Position numbers and translations under genes: made by a program. From the IMG/VR virus record IMGVR_UViG_2706794662_000007: 64,000 bases of DNA. The stretch is one strand, 5' to 3'. The DNA comes from a virus (taxonomy: Duplodnaviria; Heunggongvirae; Uroviricota; Caudoviricetes). The notes beneath the pieces are model-generated. The model was not told the origin of the DNA, did not search any database, and saw nothing but the letters and a program-made list of their open reading frames with translations. How positions within the stretch are numbered: the first letter of the stretch is position 1; each line of letters starts with the position of its first letter. This document shows positions 58,298 to 64,000 of the stretch, one piece after another.

Positions 58298-61200
58298 TCA
58301 CGACTTAATAGTTTCTGCTACGTCGGCTAATATCGCTTCTAGTCGTTCTCCCTCTTCAGGTCTGAAGTAAAGAATGTTGGGGTTAAACCCGTAAAAGACT
58401 GTAACGTCAAGGTCTGGAAGATACTCCTTCCTACCGACTAAATCGGATGGCTTGTTTTTGTTGTTAAACAATGCCGTTGCCCGACTGCCACACGTCAGCA
58501 CATAGGTCGGACGTACCAGATTGATCTCTTCACGCATAAAGTCGGTGAACTGGCCGATCTCGTCTTTGGTGTAGTCCTTTTCTTTGTCTTTCACCTTTTT
58601 GCAAACGCCTGTGACATAGAGATCGCCCATGCGCAAATCTCCAGCCGTCAACAGCTTGGCCTTAAAATCGTCGTATCCGTTCTCCATGAAGTAACCGGTT
58701 CGAGCATCATTGCCGTTTGCATTGTCCAGAATGATCATGATTTTCGGCTTAATACCAATGCTGGGGCGGATTAGTTCATCACCTAAGCCCATTTCAGCCG
58801 CCATCCGCGTCATAAGTACGTTAATTTCAGCCGAACGTTTGGAGTTCATCTCAAACGGACGTGAGGCTTTAACTGCGTCTATGACAAGATTTCCCATCAA
58901 TTCCGCTTGGTCGCGGAGACGTTCTGGATCAGTTGCTGGCAGACTGCCTGGCTCGATGGATGCAAACGCCCCTACTTTTTGCAGTGATTCGCGCACTCGA
59001 CTATTACAGGCACGTTTCTCGACAGCTTCTTCGAATTGCGCCAGTGACTCGAATTTGCCGCCAACTTTTTCTCGCGCTCTCATGATGGCCTGGCAGCCAT
59101 TCTCAGAACAACCTTTCACAGCAGAGAAGGGCGCATACAGCACCTGGCTGCCATCTTCAAGCGTGCGGATCTCAATTCGGTTAGATGACACGTTAACGTC
59201 TGGTGGCAATACGCGAATACCATAGGTCAGCGCATCTTTAACCAGCCCCTGGTGTTTATCTTCGCCAAGAATAGTGAGAGCAGCAGCGAAAAACTCTGCG
59301 GGATAATGAGTTTTCAACCACATAGATTGATAACTGATTAAGGAGTAAGCAACAGAGTGTGATTTGTTGAACTGGTAGGCACCATTCTTTTCGAATGCGG
59401 TCCAGATCTCCTTCGCTTTCATCTCTGATAGCCCTGGATGTGACGCTGTAACGCGTACTGCGTTTATAGGTAGTTTTGCGCCGTACTCAAGTGCCTCTTC
59501 GACAGTTTTCATAGTTCCGTCTTCGCATTTAAAATGTTCCGCACGGTGAATGCGCTGTGTAGTGCCATCTTCCAGCTCAACGTCTATCCAGCCAGCTTGA
59601 GCCTGAACGATGAACTTCTCGCCCATGCTCTTCATTTTTTCCATGTCTTTTTTGCCTATCGCTTTACGAACGCCGTCAGCTTCAGCCATTGTGAAGCCAG
59701 CAAGCAATCGAGTCGCGTTCATCGTCTGTTCCTGATAGAGAATCACGCCATTTGTTTCTGCGGTAAGTTCATCAAGAACGGGGTGTAATGATTCCGGCGT
59801 CATAAAGCCTTTGGCGACAGAAACATAATCATCCAACATGCCTGACTGAATTGGTCCCGGCCGGAAGAGCGCAGTCGTGGCGACAACGGTTTTAAAGCTC
59901 ATTGGCTCAATGCCACCGCCCAGATCTTTAAGCAGCTTGCGCATTGGGCCTGATTCAAGCTGGAAAACACCTTGAGTGTACCCAGCAGCAAAACCATCCA
60001 GCACCTTGCGATCTTCAAGAGAAATGGTATCAAGATTGATATCTTCACCTGTGTTCTCTTTAATGTAGCGTTTTGCACTATCGAGCAAATCGAGAGTTGC
60101 CAGGCCAAGCACGTCCAGCTTAATTAGGCCCATAGCCTCGCAGTAACGCTTGTCAAATGCGATACAACGCGCGTCACCACGGCGCTCAACCGGTGTACGT
60201 TCTGTCAGAGGAACACCTGCTACGATCATCCCTGCCGCATGTCTACCAAAGCCACGCATAAGGCTTTGTAACTTGCAGGCTGCATTGAATGCATCAGGAT
60301 ATTTTGTTGCGTATTTGTCGAGACTTGCCAGTTGTTCGCGCAGCTCTTCCAATGGAAGGCTATCATCCTCGACGTTCTTCAGTTCTTTTGATACCGCCAT
60401 ATCTGCGGACTCCACACCATAAATACGAGCGGTATCACGTAGTGCAGAGGCTGCGCCCAGGTAGGTGAAGTTCGGAATGCCTGCAACGTAATCTTCGCCG
60501 TAGCGTTCATTCAGATACTCGATCACTTCATGGCGACGTGCCTGGCTGAAGTCCAAATCCGCATCCGGCAAGTCGAGACGCTCAGGGTTGATGAAACGTT
60601 CAAACAGAAGACCGTGACGGATTGGGTCGACGTTGGTTATGCCTATGCACCATGCCACCAGAGATCCAGCGGAGGAACCACGACCAGGCCCGACAGGAAT
60701 GCCAGTTTCACGACTATGATTCATCAGATCGCGCACCATCAGGAAGTAACCACAGAATCCCAGGCGAGTCAGCGTGTCCATTTCGTACTTTAGCCGCTCA
60801 ACATAAACCCTGTTCTCAGAAGCAGGTGGTGTGTATCCAAACTCTTTTGTGGTAAGACGTTTACGCAGCCCTGCAACAGCCAGTTTCATCAGCGTTGCAG
60901 GTTCGTCGTCTGCCATCTTGGGCAGTGCTGGTGGCAATTCATGCCAGCGCCATGTGCAGGCATCGATAATGGTATCCTGCGTTGTTGAGGCCATTGCAGC
61001 TGTTACCGGCACATCCATGCGAACGGAGAAGGCTTTAAGCGCCTCAAGGAGATGGCGGCGACCATTGACGGCGTTATCTCGCTGGTGGGGGATACGCAGA
61101 CGATGCGGCTGGTCGATTTTTATGTTGTTCGTAACCATGTGCGCAATGTCTTTAATGTCTGCATCGTCGATCGATTCGTAATAAGCGGGATAGAACGCCA

Positions 61201-61816
61201 CTGGCTCTATTTTCAATGCGCTGGCGACTTTCATCGCCCGGACGTTAATCTGGTCGTAGAATGGGGTAGGGTGCGGATAAACCACACTATAGAAGTTGTC
61301 TTTTCCACCCGGTGTAATCAGTGTGCTTATGATTTTTGCAAAATCGTTGCGTTGGAACACGCTACCGATGTCGGAAGTGAGCAGGATGATGTTGCCTTTG
61401 GCATATGTAGAAACCAACTGTTCGAGCGAGAGACGCGGTACAAAGTAGAACTGTTCTCGTGTGTTGGCCACCGTCATTAGTTCGCAGATGTCGCGATATC
61501 CTTGCTCATTTTTAATTAGAGCGGTAAACGAGTAGTTACGTCCTCGCTCTAATGATTCCATACATCCCTTAGATTCTTTAGCAAGTTTATCCCGGTGCTC
61601 GTATGTGGGATCATCAACGATGTTTAGTTTCACACCACAAATAACCGCCATGTCGTCACCAGCGGCACGTTGTAGTGGAATAACACTCGCAATATTCATG
61701 CTATCTGCTGAAATTACAGCGGTGTAGCCAGCTTCTCTGGCAATCTTCACCGCGTTTTCTGCTTTTAGAGCCGACTCCCCAAGTGAGAAGTCAGTTCGAA
61801 CCATCAGTGCCTTCAT
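58298..61816 (-). CDS. dnaE: DNA polymerase III alpha-type replicative polymerase (PHP domain N-terminus)
   Basis: 1172 aa; N-terminal PHP-like region, GFCGYFLMVRDLMNHSRETGIPVGPGRGSSAGSLVAWCIGITNVDP palm/fingers signature. Confidence 0.9.
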   Translation of the reverse strand: MKALMVRTDFSLGESALKAENAVKIAREAGYTAVISADSMNIASVIPLQRAAGDDMAVICGVKLNIVDDPTYEHRDKLAKESKGCMESLERGRNYSFTALIKNEQGYRDICELMTVANTREQFYFVPRLSLEQLVSTYAKGNIILLTSDIGSVFQRNDFAKIISTLITPGGKDNFYSVVYPHPTPFYDQINVRAMKVASALKIEPVAFYPAYYESIDDADIKDIAHMVTNNIKIDQPHRLRIPHQRDNAVNGRRHLLEALKAFSVRMDVPVTAAMASTTQDTIIDACTWRWHELPPALPKMADDEPATLMKLAVAGLRKRLTTKEFGYTPPASENRVYVERLKYEMDTLTRLGFCGYFLMVRDLMNHSRETGIPVGPGRGSSAGSLVAWCIGITNVDPIRHGLLFERFINPERLDLPDADLDFSQARRHEVIEYLNERYGEDYVAGIPNFTYLGAASALRDTARIYGVESADMAVSKELKNVEDDSLPLEELREQLASLDKYATKYPDAFNAACKLQSLMRGFGRHAAGMIVAGVPLTERTPVERRGDARCIAFDKRYCEAMGLIKLDVLGLATLDLLDSAKRYIKENTGEDINLDTISLEDRKVLDGFAAGYTQGVFQLESGPMRKLLKDLGGGIEPMSFKTVVATTALFRPGPIQSGMLDDYVSVAKGFMTPESLHPVLDELTAETNGVILYQEQTMNATRLLAGFTMAEADGVRKAIGKKDMEKMKSMGEKFIVQAQAGWIDVELEDGTTQRIHRAEHFKCEDGTMKTVEEALEYGAKLPINAVRVTASHPGLSEMKAKEIWTAFEKNGAYQFNKSHSVAYSLISYQSMWLKTHYPAEFFAAALTILGEDKHQGLVKDALTYGIRVLPPDVNVSSNRIEIRTLEDGSQVLYAPFSAVKGCSENGCQAIMRAREKVGGKFESLAQFEEAVEKRACNSRVRESLQKVGAFASIEPGSLPATDPERLRDQAELMGNLVIDAVKASRPFEMNSKRSAEINVLMTRMAAEMGLGDELIRPSIGIKPKIMIILDNANGNDARTGYFMENGYDDFKAKLLTAGDLRMGDLYVTGVCKKVKDKEKDYTKDEIGQFTDFMREEINLVRPTYVLTCGSRATALFNNKNKPSDLVGRKEYLPDLDVTVFYGFNPNILYFRPEEGERLEAILADVAETIKS

Positions 61817-61996
61817 GTGTTTTTACCTTTCTGGTTTTTTTGATTTTGTCATTTGGGAAGCCTACGAACTTCCCATGCATCGAAATCGCAACTTCTTTTG
61901 CTGATTGGTGACAATAAGGCTTGTCTGGACACTCCAGACAAGCCTTACCAGTTTCAGAAGCAGCGATAAGAGAGCCGAAACATCCTTTACGCACGA

Positions 61997-63232
61997 TCAA
62001 CCAAATATTTTTTGAACAACTTCACGAGCCGCTTGTGCAGAAGCTGAAGGGAGTTTGTTAATGAAAGAACGCTCAATACCTGTCACAAAATCGCCTCGCA
62101 TCATTCCAATCTTGGCCGACAACAAAAGCTCACGAGGCCCAATCGGTTGGCTGATATTGTGTTCTTCGTATCCATCGCGAACGATACCGGCAAACTTAAC
62201 CATCTTTTCAGCGTATTCATCCACGATGCCTGCATTTGTCAACATGTTGATCTCTGCGTCTTTGCTCATGTATTTCACATTCGAAACGATGCCAAAACGC
62301 GAAAAGTTCGCGGCGTTCTGGATGTTTGTACCCTGGTACAAGCCGGTTTCATCACCAGATCCGTTCGTGTTGCCAGTGCCAATGAAAGCAAACCGTTCAT
62401 GCGGAGTAATGCGACGCCATTCTGGAGTTGCCTCTTTGATGACCAACGCTTCACCTTCCAGCACTGGCTGATACACGCCAAGAATTTGTGGAAACGCAAA
62501 GTCGTATTCATCCGCGAGGTAAACCCAGCCATGCTTCATTGCGAGCGCAAGCAAGCCAGGTTCGAAATACGTAGAGCCATCACGCGCCAGAATTTGCCCC
62601 GTAACATGTGCCTCTTCCATTGATGCTGTATGTTGGGCACGGATCAACGGACGATTGAGCAAAGCACATAGCTGTGTAGGCAATGACGATTTGCCTGTTC
62701 CTGCATGACCCCACAAATAGCCAGGTATGCCAAGTTCAAGCATCATGAAAATATCTTTGATCAGTTCGAAGTCGCCATATACGTAGCCTTTCTTCACTTC
62801 GGGAACGAACTCTGGATACGGCGTATTGACGTTGACGCTAACCATGAGCGGCGTCCCACGTTTTGTTCCGAGTTCTTCCACCGTTACGTTTAGCAGTTCG
62901 TGAGCTGCGACCAGATCTGTCTTGTACTCAACTGTGCCTGTGTAGCCAGGGCTACTGGTCAAGCCAGAAGATTTGGCCATTTCGCTTTTTTGCTCGGCAC
63001 GTTTAGCTTGAATTGCATCAAGTGCCTTTTTCGATAGCGTTGGCTCATCTGGAAACTGTGTTGTGTACATTTTCAGTACGGTGTCAGGATCGGCATCTTT
63101 TACTGACTCAGGAATGCCCTCGCAATTACCATTGGCTACATGGGACTTAAAATAGTGAAATGATTTTCCGCACCACTTGCAAACAAGGTAATCAGAAGGA
63201 TTTTTTTCATTTTGCAGTGCAGTAGTAGTCAT
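61997..63232 (-). CDS. MoxR/CobS-like AAA+ ATPase
   Basis: Walker A GHAGTGKSS, Walker B VYLADEYD; N-terminal C4-like cluster CKWCGK...C. Confidence 0.65.
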   Translation of the reverse strand: MTTTALQNEKNPSDYLVCKWCGKSFHYFKSHVANGNCEGIPESVKDADPDTVLKMYTTQFPDEPTLSKKALDAIQAKRAEQKSEMAKSSGLTSSPGYTGTVEYKTDLVAAHELLNVTVEELGTKRGTPLMVSVNVNTPYPEFVPEVKKGYVYGDFELIKDIFMMLELGIPGYLWGHAGTGKSSLPTQLCALLNRPLIRAQHTASMEEAHVTGQILARDGSTYFEPGLLALAMKHGWVYLADEYDFAFPQILGVYQPVLEGEALVIKEATPEWRRITPHERFAFIGTGNTNGSGDETGLYQGTNIQNAANFSRFGIVSNVKYMSKDAEINMLTNAGIVDEYAEKMVKFAGIVRDGYEEHNISQPIGPRELLLSAKIGMMRGDFVTGIERSFINKLPSASAQAAREVVQKIFG

Positions 63233-63327
63233 GCGTTTTTCCTTTGTTTTCTAATGAGCTTTCAACTTCTTATATAAATATACCATCAAATATCGTAAGT
63301 GATTACTTATCATTAAGGCTATTCTAA

Positions 63328-64000
63328 TCACTTCAAAATGATACGAGATAGTTCAGTAACTACAGATGAACCAAGACTATCAACGCTCGTTACCAGGGCA
63401 TGATTTGAGTAAAATCTCTCCGGTGCGTCAGTCATGATGCCAATTGCCATCAAATCAATGTCAGTCTGCGTTTCAATTTGCTTCGCAACCGAACGCAAAT
63501 GAGCGTCAAAACCTCTCCCAACAGCCCACGGCGCGCCATCACTCAGAACAAGCATGATCTTCCTGTCCTCCATGCGACCGGAAAATAACGATGCAAGGCT
63601 GGCTATGCTTTCACCATCCACGTTATTAAGAAGTGGGAATGTGTAGCCTACGCACCCCATACGTGAGCGAACTTCGCGAGAACTTACCTTTTCATTCCAA
63701 TTTTTGATGATAGGTAGCATTAAAGATTCAAAGCGAGAGAACTCATACTTGACAGCCTTAAGTTCTCCTGCCGCCATATGACTACCAAATGTAGTGAAGC
63801 CGGTGATAATGTTGGGAACATTTATTCGATCAAGGGCATCGGCGATGGTATATGAACTTGCAAGAGCCAATTGTATCGTTATACCACTCATTGAACCTGA
63901 TAAATCAATCACTTGTTGAACACAGGCGTTAACGGCTTTAGATTCTTCTTTTTTACGAAACACGCGATCATCATTCATTGCTAATCTGTAGATACTAGAA
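63328..64000 (-). CDS. vWA (MIDAS) domain protein, CobT-like; N-terminus beyond window
   Basis: MIDAS motif DLSGSM; no in-frame stop between listed ATG (63978) and window end, so likely longer. Confidence 0.6.
   Translation of the reverse strand, partial: SSIYRLAMNDDRVFRKKEESKAVNACVQQVIDLSGSMSGITIQLALASSYTIADALDRINVPNIITGFTTFGSHMAAGELKAVKYEFSRFESLMLPIIKNWNEKVSSREVRSRMGCVGYTFPLLNNVDGESIASLASLFSGRMEDRKIMLVLSDGAPWAVGRGFDAHLRSVAKQIETQTDIDLMAIGIMTDAPERFYSNHALVTSVDSLGSSVVTELSRIILK

Noticed and set aside
1-64000. Search for tRNA, rRNA and tmRNA genes
   Set aside because: No segments with tRNA-like T-loop/acceptor patterns (GGTTCGAATCC-type) or rRNA-like conserved stretches were seen on either strand by eye; a tRNAscan/Infernal run would be needed to be certain.
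1-64000. Interpretation of the window as a T4-like virulent phage segment
   Set aside because: Despite T4-like nrdAB, thyA, DHFR, SbcCD, RecA-like, gp32-like and FEN genes, the polymerase is DnaE-type, a P1-type RepA iteron replicon is present and a UmuD'-like gene occurs, which fits a plasmid-prophage better than a T4-type phage.

Overview
This 64 kb window reads as part of a phage-plasmid-like element of Enterobacteriaceae, with a roughly 3.3 kb block of E. coli chromosomal housekeeping DNA embedded in it. Most genes are on the minus strand, each with its own promoter-like motif and hairpin terminator. Recognisable content: terminase small and large subunits (1-951); an operon with two ParB N-terminal-domain proteins and a standalone ABC-type ATPase (1148-4568); an SF2 helicase; a T4-like DNA metabolism and recombination set (RNase HI, Dam-type methyltransferase, DnaQ-like exonuclease, DHFR, ThyA, NrdAB, RuvC-like resolvase, SbcCD, RecA-like recombinase, FEN-type 5'-3' exonuclease, gp32-like SSB) paired with a DnaE-type polymerase; a CobS/CobT-like AAA/vWA pair; and a P1-type replicon (DnaA box, GATC heptamers, RepA, 17 iterons, 47490-49360). 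The embedded host block carries metG and apbC/mrp (15046-18293). Other notable regions are an AT-rich plus-strand island (6480-9440), a 1.5 kb non-coding GT-skewed region (12850-14410), a structured non-coding stretch (30860-31350), and two recurring dyad motifs that look like operators. Seven N-runs (about 250-330 nt each) interrupt several genes. No rRNA, tRNA or CRISPR array was found. The attribution to an SSU5/pHCM2-like phage-plasmid family is from memory and gene content, not a database search. All calls rest on motif recognition in the supplied ORF translations and manual reading of the sequence.
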